Part shown: positions 25,810-37,755 of the stretch, in pieces
Numbering within the stretch: the first letter of the stretch is position 1
How the letters are laid out: each line of letters starts with the position of its first letter
Assembly (NCBI RefSeq): GCF_001447785.1
Contig: NW_015160215.1
Span: forward strand, 20,201 to 84,200
Length of the DNA: 64,000 nt
Source: Gekko japonicus
Lineage: Eukaryota
Direction: 5' to 3'
Program-made: the position numbers and the translations under genes
The notes under the pieces: model-generated
Told to the model about the DNA's origin: nothing
Databases searched by the model: none
The model's input: the letters and a program-made list of their open reading frames with translations, nothing else

Positions 25810-26180
25810 GAGAAATAGGGTTTGGATCATTGACACTGCAATCCCAAGAGACAGCAGAATACAAAAGAAAGAACAAGAGAAGACCACAAAATACCAAATA
25901 TGAATAGACTGCCTCTGGGAGAAGAAGGTGACCATTATGCCAGTTTTCACTGGAGTCCTTGGAGCAGTGCCTAGAAGTCTCAAGAAACACCTGGACATTC
26001 TGGGCATTGAGCAAATAACACCAGCTCAGCTCCAGATGACAGTGTTGCTTGGAACAGCAAGAATCCTGAGAAGATACCTCTGTAATTCCTAACAGCTTGG
26101 CTAGATCTTGAATTACAGAACACCATCTACCAGTCAAATATTTGACTGTGACAATTCATAATAATAGTAATAATAATAAG
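25810..26180 (+). mobile_element. R4/Dong-clade non-LTR retrotransposon 3' end (restriction-like endonuclease tail)
   Basis: Translates to VWIIDTAIPRDSRIQKKEQEKTTKYQ...KKVTIMPVFTGVLGAVPRSLKKHLDILGI...LLGTARILRRYL; ends in (TAA)n. Confidence 0.8.
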
Positions 26181-26726
26181 CCTGCAGTTCCCACATTTGA
26201 TTCTTGTTGGAACAAATGAGAACAGTCCGGCTGGTGTTTTCCCTGTTCCCCCTCCCCTGCAGGTTGGTATTTTTTTAAAACACGGGAATGTAAAATGGCA
26301 GATGATTGGGTTACTGTTGATCATCATAAGCTATGGGTAATTCAGAAAAGATTGAGATCAGATCATAAGGCCTAAAAGAATATGTTTTCTTCCAACTTCA
26401 TCAAGTCTAATAGATGGCTTCCCACTTTGACTCAACTGATCTAGCCACCTGGATCCATTCCACAGTAAGATCAAGACTACTGTAATGCACTCTTCATGAG
26501 TCTGCCCTTGAAGTCAGCCTGGAGACTCCAGTCCAGGGTTGCTGTGCAGAAGCAGGCCATGGCAAACCACCTCTGTTCATCTGTTGCCTTGAAAACCATA
26601 TAGGGTTGCCATAGGTTGGCTGTGACTATCCACCACATACCACTTGGAACTGTAATAAACACATTTCTTTTTCTAGGTCTATAATCTTTTGGATGTAGGT
26701 GCTAGCCTTTCATGGGGAAATATTTT

Positions 26727-27455
26727 AAATCTTGCTGAGGGTGAAAGAGGAGAACTCAAAAGTTGGCTTGAAACTCAACATCAAAAAAACCAAGATCGTG
26801 GCATTCAGGCCCATCACTCCTTGGCAAATAGAAGGGGAAGTGGTGGAAGCAGTGACAGACTTCACGTTCCTGGGATCCAAGATCACTGCAGACAGTGACT
26901 GCAGCCATGAAATTAAAAGACGCCTGCTCCTTGGGAGGAAAGCGATGGCAAACCTAGACAGCATAATAAAAAGTAGAGACATCACCCTGCCAACCAAAGT
27001 CTGTATGGTCAAAGCAATGGTATTCCCAGTAGTAATGTACGGCTGCGAGAGTTGGACCATAAGGAAGGCTGAGCGCTGAAGAATAGATGTTTTTGAATTA
27101 TGGTGCTGGAGAAGACTCTTGAGAGTCCCTTGGACTGCAAGGAGATTGAATCAGTCAATCCTAAAAGAAATCAACCCTGACTGTTCCCTGGAAGGCCACA
27201 TACTGAAGCTGAAGCTCAAATACTTTGGCCACCAAATGAGAAGGGAGCATTCAGTGGAGAAGAGCCTGATGCTGGAAAAGACTGAAGGTAAAAGAAGGGG
27301 ACAGCAAGGGATGAGATGGTTACACAGTGTTATCGATGCACTGAACATGAAGTTGGGCAAACTCCGGAGGACGACGGAGGACAGAAGGGCCTGGTGTGAT
27401 GTGGTCCATGGGGTTGCGAAGAGTCGGACTCAACTGTGTGACTGAACAACAACAA
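26727..27455 (+). mobile_element. BovB (RTE clade) LINE, 5'-truncated
   Basis: ORFs 26732-27079 and 27119-27445 (GLKLNIKKTKI, SKITADSDCSHEIKRRLLLGRKAM, YGCESWTI, VHGVAKSRTQL); tail CTGAACAACAACAA. Confidence 0.95.
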
Positions 27456-27456
27456 A

Positions 27457-28292
27457 TTTCCTGGTCTGACCAGGAAATGGGTTATCCCCTATTCTGGATG
27501 GGGTTGCAATCACCCTAAAGGAGCATGTTTACATCATGGGAGTACTCCTGGACCTGGGCCTCCTGTTGAATAAACAGGTGGCAACAGTGGCCAGGGGTGC
27601 CTTTCACCAGTTTTAGCTGGTGAGCCAACCGCAGCCCTTCCTGGGCAGAAAAGATCTTGCCACAGTAGTGTATGCCTTGGTGACATCTAGAATAGATTAC
27701 TGCACTAAACTGTATATGGGTCTGCCCTTGAAGACTGTCTGGAAGTTGCTGTTGGTATAGAATACTGTAGCCAAAGTGTTGACTGGAGTGGGTCATAGGG
27801 ACCATATCTCTCCAGGCTTGTTCCATCTGTACTGGCTTCCAATTTGCTTCCTTTAAAACCCTGCATGGCCTGGGATGAACATACCTTATGGATTGCCTTC
27901 TCCCATATGACCCTACCTGTTCACTGTGGTCATCTTCAGAGACACTGCTTGGTTGCCCCTGCCATCTGAGGCTTGATGGGTGTCAACCTAAGAAAGGGCT
28001 TTCGTGGTTGTGGCGCCAAAACTTTAGAACTGCTTCCCCAGGGAAATTCTCTGTTTCCCTCTATTGGTGTCTTCCACTAGCAGGTGAAGACTTTTCTGTT
28101 TCTTTTGGCATACCCCAATAACTGACTCTGGCCCTCCTCAATAGTTCTGATATTGTTTGTTTATGTTTTTAGTGAATTATTTTTTTATCATTTTAAATGT
28201 TAATTGTTCAAATGTTTTAATGTTTTTATGTGTGATGCCTTGGGGACCCTGATCAGGTGGAAAGTGGCATAAACATGTTTTACATAAATAAA
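27457..28292 (+). mobile_element. L2-clade LINE 3' portion, decayed
   Basis: GVLLD, ALVTSRIDYC, HISPGLFHLYWLP-like remnants; T-rich 3' UTR ending AAATAAATAAA. Confidence 0.75.
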
Positions 28293-30905
28293 TGTTTGAA
28301 CAATGTTTTAAATGTTCACTTATGAAACTGAACTACACTTTCAGATGTATGCTGTATTGCAAGCTTTCCTGAGTGTACCACTTCAGGTGGGTAATCTTAA
28401 ATTTTTATTCCTTCCTTGTGTTAAAAAATAAATCTCCATGGCATACACAGTACATGAAGGATAAGGCTAGGTAAGAAGTCTTCTTCCTGAGCTCTCCATT
28501 GGCAGGGAGTTCCCACATATGACATTACTATATGTCCACCTCCAGCTGCCATTTGAAGCCCTAAAGTCTACAAAGGGCTGTATGTGATATTTCTGAACTG
28601 GTAGTTTAGCTCCAGTGTGGACCATACTCTGTTCTCCCCTTTGATACCCTTTTATCTTAACTTTGATTTGAGTGATGCCCTCCCTCTATGCTCCGAAGGA
28701 ATTTGTCTCTGAACTCTGCCAGACTAATTTCTCAGGGTTCTCACTTTCTGAGACATACATCACAGGGAAAACTCTTGCCACTTTGATTGAGAGCAATGTA
28801 GCTCCTCCCAAACTAATAGTTCGAGTTAAAAAAAAGCCACCCGACCACAAGTCTGCAAAAGACACAATGTGTTCCCAGGGCACAGACTTTCCAATTTCCC
28901 AGGGGGTGGGGCTGGGACAGAGGCATTGCTATGCTAGGTCCTTTCAAAAACCGAGGCCCAGTGACATCATAGGGAGAAGCCAGTGACATCACAGGCCATT
29001 GTCACTATCTACAGAGGAAGAGCCATGTGGGGTTTAGGAAGGGGCTCCCCAGACATTTAGGGGGGCCTAGGAACCCCTGGGAACCCCCCTAGCCATGCCA
29101 CTGGGCTGGGCTAAACCCAGGATAAGGTGGGAGTTGGCCAGTGGTTATAGTGGTATCTCAGCAGTCTCCTGCTGTGTCCTTTCTTTAAATTCACTTTTAG
29201 AATAGTCACTTTAAGATCTGCAAATATACATACTATGTGCATAAGACAAAGAAATGGTCACAAATTTGTTTTTGACTGTCAGTTACAGAATACTTTTCCT
29301 TCCACCAGATTCAAATCAATTGATTGTTGTTACATCAGGCCTTTTAATTTAAACTTTATGCCTTGAGTCAAAATATAGTAAAGATATTAAAATATTGTAA
29401 TAGTTGTCAAGATTGTTCTATGACATCCATTACACATATCTAAAATATAGAGAACACTAGGTTCAAAAACCAGAATAAGGGATATGCCAGAGTTGAAGCA
29501 GCATGGGTTCCCCTGATGCAAACATTAGCAGTTGACGGGAAGGAGTATCGGGAAAGACGTCTGTAAGCTTTATCTTGATAGCACACAGAGTTGAATGTAT
29601 GCTACAAACAGGCCTGGAAAATGGTGTACCATATACAATAATAAAGTACTGTACTAAAGTACTTGTGCTAAAACTTGTAACAGGACTAGCATCTATATAC
29701 TCTGAAGTTAATGTCCAGTACAATTTTGAAATCTTACTTTCTTATAAAGCTTATTCTTTCAGAAAGAAACTGAACAAGCAAACACACCACTCTTCTCACT
29801 CTGCATTAGAGTCAGCATGAACAGTTTGCTGCTAATGCCTCTGCTCCTAAAGCAGCTAAGAATATTTCAAGCTTTTAGGTAGATCAAGGTGGGTAGCTTT
29901 TAGGGGCAATGTTATTTTGGCACACTCATTCACAAAACAAAAATGAGATCAGGTTTGGCAAATATGAAAACCAGTGGGAAAAAAGATGAATATTTTAAAT
30001 ATTCCCTGAATTTGCAGCTCTCAGAGATTTTAAAGAAGAAAATGACTATCATACATTTTTAAATACTTAAATACTTTTGTGTGGTCCTAAAGGTGGTCTT
30101 AAAGGTGCCACTGGAATGAAACTTTGTTCTGCTGCCTCAGACCAACACAGCTACCCACCTGAATGCATTTTTAAAAGCCCTTTTCCCGCTAGAGAAGAAA
30201 CTTTCACTCAGGTGCAAAGCTGGCTACCTTGGATGTTGACCTCTTGCTTCTTGCTTTTGAGAATGAAGAATCCACACTTCTGTAACTACATCTACTAGAA
30301 ACTGTCTAGTTCAGAAAAGAGAAGGTGACAGGAAACAAATATTAAGTATGTAGTACCTTCTGCTAAATTGTTGGCACTGAGCATTTGCTTGCACAGTTGT
30401 TTTTCAGACATAAGATGCTTTTATTTAGCCAGGTGTTTGGTGTTTGAAAATAAGCAGGAGATAATTTTCATAGTACTTTGATTTCATACCTTTATTAAAA
30501 AAAAAAATCTGTAAGCCTTTCTGAGTCTCTGGCACAGGCTGTCAGTTATTCTTTATTTGATCAGTAGTCAAATCATGAGGCTCCAGGTTTTATCATGTCA
30601 TGAGACTCAGTTCATATCACTTCAAACCAGGACCTTACAAGGGTATTTGCAGGAGTAATTTTGTGGGGAGGGGGTAGAACCTATCTTCCCTGCTTTCCAG
30701 TGAGGCTGTAATGCAAAGTTATTCTGGAGATCACTGGGGGCTTTTTGGGAAAGGGGAAAATACCCTCCTGATGGGGCCATGAGGAGTTTTTAGATTGATT
30801 TTGTGAAATTGATTTTACTATTCTTTTTATATTATTATCTGCCTTGATGCTTGGAAAAGGGGCATCTTTCTGTGCGTGAAATCTATAAACATCGTGTGCA
30901 ATTTA

Positions 30906-30908
<3 letters not shown>

Positions 30909-30962
<54 letters not shown>
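30909..30962. repeat. (TC)n microsatellite
   Basis: About 27 TC units. Confidence 0.98.
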
Positions 30963-30969
<7 letters not shown>

Positions 30970-31357
30970 ATATAACTGGAAGCTAAATTGTGGACTATGC
31001 TTAAGGATATGTATGCAGACATTTCCCTGAATCAGTGGGGTGACCAGTTCTTGTGAAATTTTCTGGAAGAACTTAGAGGCAGAATTAGAGGCTTCAGAAG
31101 AAGCACTATTCAGTATTCCCCAAGTGTCATTATATACCAGGGACAGTTTCTATTTTCTGCTGCCTATCCTTATTAAATAATTGCTCCTGTGGTGTTCCTG
31201 TTTTTGGCACTGGAGGTAGCATATTAAAATTTTGGTAGTATTGTTTGCTAAAGTTGAGGGCTCAGCAGCTTCGTCTGTAGAACTTTCAGTGAGCCGTGAA
31301 TCTATCTAGTGCAAATTAATACAAATGCACACACGTAAGGTGGCATGTAGTGTAAAT

Positions 31358-31572
31358 AGGATTCACAACCTCCAGGTGGTGCCTGGAGACCTCCCAGAAT
31401 CACAGTTGATCTCCAGACTATAAAGATCATGGCTGGAGAAAAAGGCTGCTTTGGAGGGTGGACTTGATGGAATTGTACCCTCCTGAGGTCCGTCCTCTCT
31501 CCAAACCCCACTGTCCCTGGGCTCCACTCCCGAAATCTCCAGGTGTTTCCCAAACCGCAGCTGGCAACCCTA
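31358..31572. mobile_element. hAT-type MITE (TAGGGTTGCCA family), opposite orientation
   Basis: Reverse complement of the 55656-55868 family; ends GGCAACCCTA. Confidence 0.75.
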
Positions 31573-33356
31573 GTCCCAATTGGGGAGAAAGGTGGAGTAT
31601 AAATGAAGTAAATAAATACATAATTTATTTTAATTTTAGTTTTGCTTCTGTAGTGACAAGAAAGTTTTAATTCAATACTGTCACATATATACATTCCGTT
31701 CAATGAAATTATTCATAGCTTTCACAGAAGTTTTTACTACCTGTCTAAATCAGTGTTTTATCCTTTGCTATTTCTTTCAGAGTAGATTCCTGAATCCCAC
31801 ACTAATTCTTGCTTATATAGATTTGCAGTTGGTGCATACTGAGTCTAAATTTATTTTCAAATCTTTGTACATTGCTTTACTTTCTCTCTAGTTGTCTCAC
31901 TGACCCAAATGCTTCTTCCCCTTTTGCTCTTTCCTTCCTTTCTCACCATACACTTATTCTCCCATGTCAGATCACTTTCTGCTTTTATTTCCTTGGTATG
32001 CTGGTGCTTTCCTGCACTTTCTAAACAGCCTTTGGTATGTTTTATTTAGTATAGCAATATACACACATCTCCATCCATTCTTTGTATTATTTCCAATAGG
32101 TATTTTCCATTTTTTAAAAACCTACGTCTGGTGTACTTTGGAAAGAAATTTCAACAAGCATACCTGATTATTTACATCTTCTTGTTTAATATATAAATAT
32201 TTAGTTATAAATAGAGCCTAGAATTGGCATCTCTAGTACTAAAGAACCAGAGGACTGGAGAACATACACGTTTGCTGTCAGTTTCCTAGTTGGCACAGGG
32301 AAGAAAATGCCTGACAGTTCTGTTATTCAGCTGTTACAGTAATCGGGGGGAAACAGCTATATCTCACATGAGAAAATGCTGAAATGGATATTTTAAATTT
32401 GACCAGCAGAAATCTAAGACTAGTATAGAATAGCAGTTTCAGATGCATATATTTAAACATTCTGTTTTGACTGTGGCTTTTTTATTTGCTATTCTTCTTG
32501 TAGAGAAACTAAGGAAATAAGAAATATCAGTTTTGCTTGGCATATGTCAGTTTGTTGTTGCCTTTTACTACATATCAGAGAAATGACATAGGCAATGCAT
32601 TTCCATTTATTTGTGTGTCTGCATAATCTTCCTACAAACCGTTGAAATTTCAGAGGTCAAATAGTTTTGCACAGTCATTTTATGAGTCAATATCTGTGGG
32701 TTTCTTTTTCCTTTCTTTCTGGTCTTTGATTCTCCCACTTGAACATTCAGATGCATATCACAGTATCCAGTAACTGACCCCATGTTTCTTTTTGCTGGTA
32801 TGGTATCTGTAAACAATTAACTGTAAATTACTACAGTGGACATCATCATATATGTGCCTATATTTGTTGTGGGGTGCTCTGTTAAAAATCATAGGGGGAA
32901 AACTGGACTTTGGTTTTTAAAATGGACATTGAAATCTGTTCTTACATTTCTGAATATCAGTTAGAGGTTCTTCTTTAAACGTGGGGTTATATAATTGTGC
33001 AGTTCTAAAGAGTTATCCCTTCTAAGCCCATGGATTTAGAAGGGTAGAATTCTTAGGGCTGCACTGATTATAGTCTTGCTTGTAGGCTTTACAACTCTTA
33101 GTGCTCTATTTATTTTATTTATTATTTATTTTTCATATTTGTATCCCACGCATCCCGTGAACTGGCTCAGGGTGGGTCACATCTCAAATAATACAATAAG
33201 GTTTAAAAAACAATAAAACAGGTGTTTCCAGTTGGACATACTTTCTAGGCATTGTTATTGCCAAGATTTTGTTTTGTTTTTTAGGAAAGGGAAAGGGCTA
33301 GAAGATTTCTCAGAGAAATTGTGAGAGGCTAATATTTTCTGCTGGTAACATTGTAA

Positions 33357-33688
33357 GTAAAGGTAAAGGTTCCCTTGCTCGAAAGCCAGTCGATTCCGAC
33401 TCTAGGGTTGCGGTGCGCATCTCCGTTTCAAAGCCGAAGAGCCAGCGCTGTCTGAAGATGTTTCTGTGGTCATGTGGCCACCATGACTAAACACCAAGGC
33501 ACACAGAACGCTGTTACCTTCCCACCGAAGTGGTACCTATTTATCTACTTGCAATTTCTTGCTTTCGAACTGCTAGGTTGGCAGGAGCTGGAACTAGAGA
33601 CGGGAGCTCACTCTGTCATGCGGCACCCGGGTCTCGAACTGCTGAACTACTGACCTTCCATAGCCTGCAGTTCAGCGTCTTAACCACT
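33357..33688 (-). mobile_element. Sauria SINE
   Basis: (AAAGGT)n tail on + strand; diagnostic CATGTGGCCA..CATGACT, TACCTATTTATCTACTTGCA, TGCTTTCGAACTGCTAGGTTGGCAGGAGCTGG. Confidence 0.9.
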
Positions 33689-34525
33689 TGTGGCTTGCTA
33701 GTAAACAGTTCACTCCCCCCCCTTTCAAGATTGGTGACTAATTAAGATGGCATGGGTTCACCATCATGAAGCCTAGGCAGATTCATTAAAATTTAAATAG
33801 TATTCTTCAATAAAGGAAAAAAGTAGATTGTATCAAAGGTTTTGGAACTCAGAATGCTGATGTATGTATGTGTGTCTGGAAAGGAATGTTGATTCAGTAA
33901 AAAGAGTTAGAAGTAAAGCAGACAGGTTTAATTTTCTGATTATGTTCACTAATCTTAGCCAAGTCACTAACTTAGGTAGGTCTTGAAGCTAAAACTGATA
34001 TAAGGGTGTATAAAATAAGTGTGTATACAATGTTGAAATACTATCATCTCAACCAAGTCTACAGCAGGGTAGGAGCAAGCAACCCTGGCAGAAGACGATT
34101 CCTGTAGTTGAGCCCCCTCCTTTCTTTATGCCTGTGGGTCAGGATTCACTCTTTCATTCCTTCCTCCCTCCCCCTTAAGTGGCGCTGCTCTCATGTTGCT
34201 CATCCTCCTCACTGCTTCCAGTCAGCCCTTTCTCATCTGGGGCAGCCGCTGTGGTGATGGGGTGGCAGACTAACAGTGGATGGTACCCTGGGGCAGCCAA
34301 AAGATCAGGTGTAGCAGCCTCCTTTTCCCATCTCAGCTGCTCAGTAACACCAGAACCCTTTCTCAGGGCTGCAGAGAGGTAACTCAGAACCCAGGGCAAC
34401 ACATAATCTTGGGGCTCTCTCAGCCATCAATAGGAACATGTAGAAACAACAGAGAGAAAGAATTTGTTTCATTGCAGTGGGAAGAATGTTTGAGTGTTTA
34501 TTCACAGATTAGAATTGTTGACTTG

Positions 34526-34639
34526 GACTTCCGGGGCGGGACTAAGGGAAATGGCTGCCTAAACCCTTGGCTCCGCCGAACCCGAAGCCCGCCACCCCCC
34601 TGAAATCGAACTTAGCAGCAACGAAAAAATCTTACATAC
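34526..34639 (+). promoter_or_regulatory. L1 5' UTR / putative internal promoter
   Basis: GACTTCCGG (ETS-like), GGGGCGGGAC (GC box), AAATGGCTGCC (YY1-like) within the first ~35 nt; CpG-rich. Confidence 0.6.
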
Positions 34640-35608
34640 ATGGAGAAAGAAGCACCGAAAACCGCACTACCCCTGGTGAAGAAACAGAAAAAAGACAAGA
34701 GCAGGTCAGAATCTCTGAAACCGATCAACACTCTGGGCCCCGAAGATCAACCTGTACTCAAAATGGCGACCGCCATTTCAGAAGCCGATAAAATCGCGCC
34801 CATAACGGCCGCAGATCTAAAGGAGGCATTATTGTCTATGGAACAAAACTTTTTCACTCATGTGAATTCCATGTTTAAACCTTTATATGATCGTGTGGAG
34901 ACCACTGAAAAAAACCTGACTAAGACCAATCATACTGCAGAAATGGCGATCCAAAATAGTATAGCTAACCAAAATAACATTCAGCAAATGCAGCAAGCTG
35001 AAGAGATTTTAGCAGAAAAAACAATGAAATTAGATCTGTCTCTACGTCAAAATAATTTAAAATTGAGAGGACTGGAAGAGAACATTGAAAAAGAAGGTGA
35101 TTTAGCGTTCCATCTGTCGACCTGGCTGGCGCAAGTCGTGGGTACTGAAAGTGACCAGTCTCCACTGATTACTAAAGCATTCAGACTGGGTCCCACGTCC
35201 CTGCTGAAATCGAGACCATCAAGAGACGTAATGATTACACTCATGGACACCAGATTTCGTAAAAGAATTTTAACTCATGCACGAAAGGAAGGTCATTTGA
35301 AATATCTGAACCAACGCATTGAAGTGTACCCGGATCTCCCCAGAGAAGCTCTGCAGAAACGGCGGGAACTGAAGACGATCACCACCACTCTACGCGAGGC
35401 TGACATTAAGTACACATGGCACACCCCGCTCGTTCTACAGTTCACTTTTAAAGGCAAGACACACAGAATCTCCGACAAAGATGAAGGCTTACAACTTCTA
35501 TCCCATCTCAATGTCTGCCCGTCTATGGAGTACACGAATCAAACCAACAAGAGAAGGCACTCCTCATCGTCGCCCGGGCTTTCGGATGCCGAAGACTCGG
35601 AAAACTGA
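34640..35608 (+). CDS. L1 ORF1p (322 aa; coiled coil, RRM, CTD)
   Basis: Open ORF; heptad-rich region followed by RQNNLKLRGLEE, AFRLG, RPSRDVMI, IEVYPDLPREALQKRRE motifs typical of L1 ORF1p. Confidence 0.93.
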   Translation: MEKEAPKTALPLVKKQKKDKSRSESLKPINTLGPEDQPVLKMATAISEADKIAPITAADLKEALLSMEQNFFTHVNSMFKPLYDRVETTEKNLTKTNHTAEMAIQNSIANQNNIQQMQQAEEILAEKTMKLDLSLRQNNLKLRGLEENIEKEGDLAFHLSTWLAQVVGTESDQSPLITKAFRLGPTSLLKSRPSRDVMITLMDTRFRKRILTHARKEGHLKYLNQRIEVYPDLPREALQKRRELKTITTTLREADIKYTWHTPLVLQFTFKGKTHRISDKDEGLQLLSHLNVCPSMEYTNQTNKRRHSSSSPGLSDAEDSEN

Positions 35609-36732
35609 CCACCTACAACATAGACTTTATCGAGTTCCGCTGATGCCTAACTGCCCAGCACGCCATAGGATATGGAGATCTGGCTACTTGCTAAGCAACA
35701 TTGCTGTCTACCATCGATTTCAGATTAAGCCAGTAACTCTGAAGCGGCAAAAAGGCTGTCGTTCCTTCACAAGTGCCTCACTGAAAGACGTCCTTACTGA
35801 TGCCCCAAGACTCCTATTTTACCCATCTAAATGATTATATTCTCAACTTTCTAATGTTAATGAAATGTTCCAGTTACTCCATGAATTACCAGTTTTTTAG
35901 TATTTTTAAAAGTTGCTGTTTTTACTACCTTTGAAATTATTTGTTCTGAGGGGGTTGGGGGGGGAGGGGGTAACCGTTTCCAATTGTATTAATTGTTATT
36001 TTTGTAGTCTTATCTCTGGATGAACGGCTGGGGAGGTTTCTTAGAAACCAAGGGCAGGGCGTTCCCCAGTCTTCCACCTTTGGACTCTAGAAGGTGGAAG
36101 ATCAGAGATAGACTATAATTGTTGTTGTTTTAGCTGTAAATAAGCATACGCTGTTAAAATCTTATCACCAAGTATTGCAACAAAGCAATCTTCATCTTCA
36201 ATTATACATATTTTGAACTCTTCTATATTGTGATATATATATACGCATTCTGTTCAAACTTGCAGTAAAAATAACAATCTTTTCTCAATCTAAATCAACA
36301 GTCAGATAGACTAAGAATTGTTTTTCCTAACAAATACAGACTCCAATAACTTACAGTTAAAAGGGAAAAAAAAAAGCGTACATCTTAGAAGTATTTTTTC
36401 GAATAACTACAGACTCCAAATAATAATCTTAATCTGATTAACTTGTTTTTTATTATTTCTTTTTTAATTTAAATACATATATACCACTGTTTTTATAATA
36501 CTAATCAATTAATAAGTTGATCTGATCATTCTATCTCCAGCAATTAACTATATATATTTGATTTTCTCCATTACCAAACATACCCTGTTAGATAACAGAT
36601 CTTCTGAACACCCATCTCTACTCGTATTGGTGAAGTCTTCCCAAGAGTCCTAACATCATCATCTTCTACAACCTTATTCAAGATTTATACGCCAACAGGT
36701 AGGATACTTACTTTGCAATAACCATTAAGATC

Positions 36733-37755
36733 ATGGCTGACTGTATTAAAGTAATAACAAGTAATGTAAAGGGATTGAACCACCCCATTAAGAAGCGCAG
36801 AGTCCTTACTGACTTGATGAAACTGAATCCTGATGTCATCCTCTTGCAGGAAACACACCTCAAAAAATCAAATAATCTGGTTTTTAAAAACCCCAAATTC
36901 CCGACACAATTCTTAGCCCCAGGCACCTCAAATTCACGAGGGGTGGCAATACTCCTCTCCCGTAACATACACTTCACGTTGGAACAAAGTAAGTCAGATC
37001 CTAATGGTAGATACCTTTTCATAAAAGGCATGCTAAACAATAATAAGCTGACCATTGCCACATTGTATGCTCCTAATGAAGGACAGCTCCAATTCATCGA
37101 ATCCACTCTTACCCTCCTCCAGAATTTCGCTGAAGGCGATATTGTGCTGGGAGGAGACTTCAATTACATTATAGATAAGTTCTTAGACAAATCCCACCAC
37201 ACCTCTCATCATCCTACACCTAAAAACAGACTTACCAAGTTAGATTCCATATTGAAAGCGCACAACCTCACCGACATTTGGAGATTGAAACACCCAGGTG
37301 TACACGACTATACTTACTTTTCAACAAGCCACACAGTCCACTCCAGAATAGATCTTATCTTACTATCTTCCTCTCTTGTATCACAAGTGGACAGTGTCAA
37401 CATTACACCTCACAGATGGTCAGATCATGATCTACTCATATGCAATTTAAAAAACCCATCCAAAAGAACGACAAACACACAATGGTCTTTGAATGTAAAT
37501 TTATTGAACAACCAACTATTCACAGAACACCTGGAAAATGAAATCAAAAATTATTTACAGATTAATGACAATCAGGAGACTTCGCCCTGCTCGGTCTGGG
37601 ATGCCCTAAAACCGGTGATCCGGGGCTCGATAATATCAAAGGCCTCACACCTGAAAAGAGAAAAAGAACAATTAAAGTCGGAAGTCATACAAAACATTGA
37701 ACTATTAGATAAAAAACACAAAAAAAAGGATCACCAATCATTAGGACTAAACTAG
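36733..37755 (+). CDS. L1 ORF2p N-terminal part (APE endonuclease), frameshifted at the A8 run 37720-37727
   Basis: NVKGLN, LQETH, GVAIL, YAPN, GGDFN, SRIDLIL, SDHD motifs. Confidence 0.93.
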   Translation: MADCIKVITSNVKGLNHPIKKRRVLTDLMKLNPDVILLQETHLKKSNNLVFKNPKFPTQFLAPGTSNSRGVAILLSRNIHFTLEQSKSDPNGRYLFIKGMLNNNKLTIATLYAPNEGQLQFIESTLTLLQNFAEGDIVLGGDFNYIIDKFLDKSHHTSHHPTPKNRLTKLDSILKAHNLTDIWRLKHPGVHDYTYFSTSHTVHSRIDLILLSSSLVSQVDSVNITPHRWSDHDLLICNLKNPSKRTTNTQWSLNVNLLNNQLFTEHLENEIKNYLQINDNQETSPCSVWDALKPVIRGSIISKASHLKREKEQLKSEVIQNIELLDKKHKKKDHQSLGLN

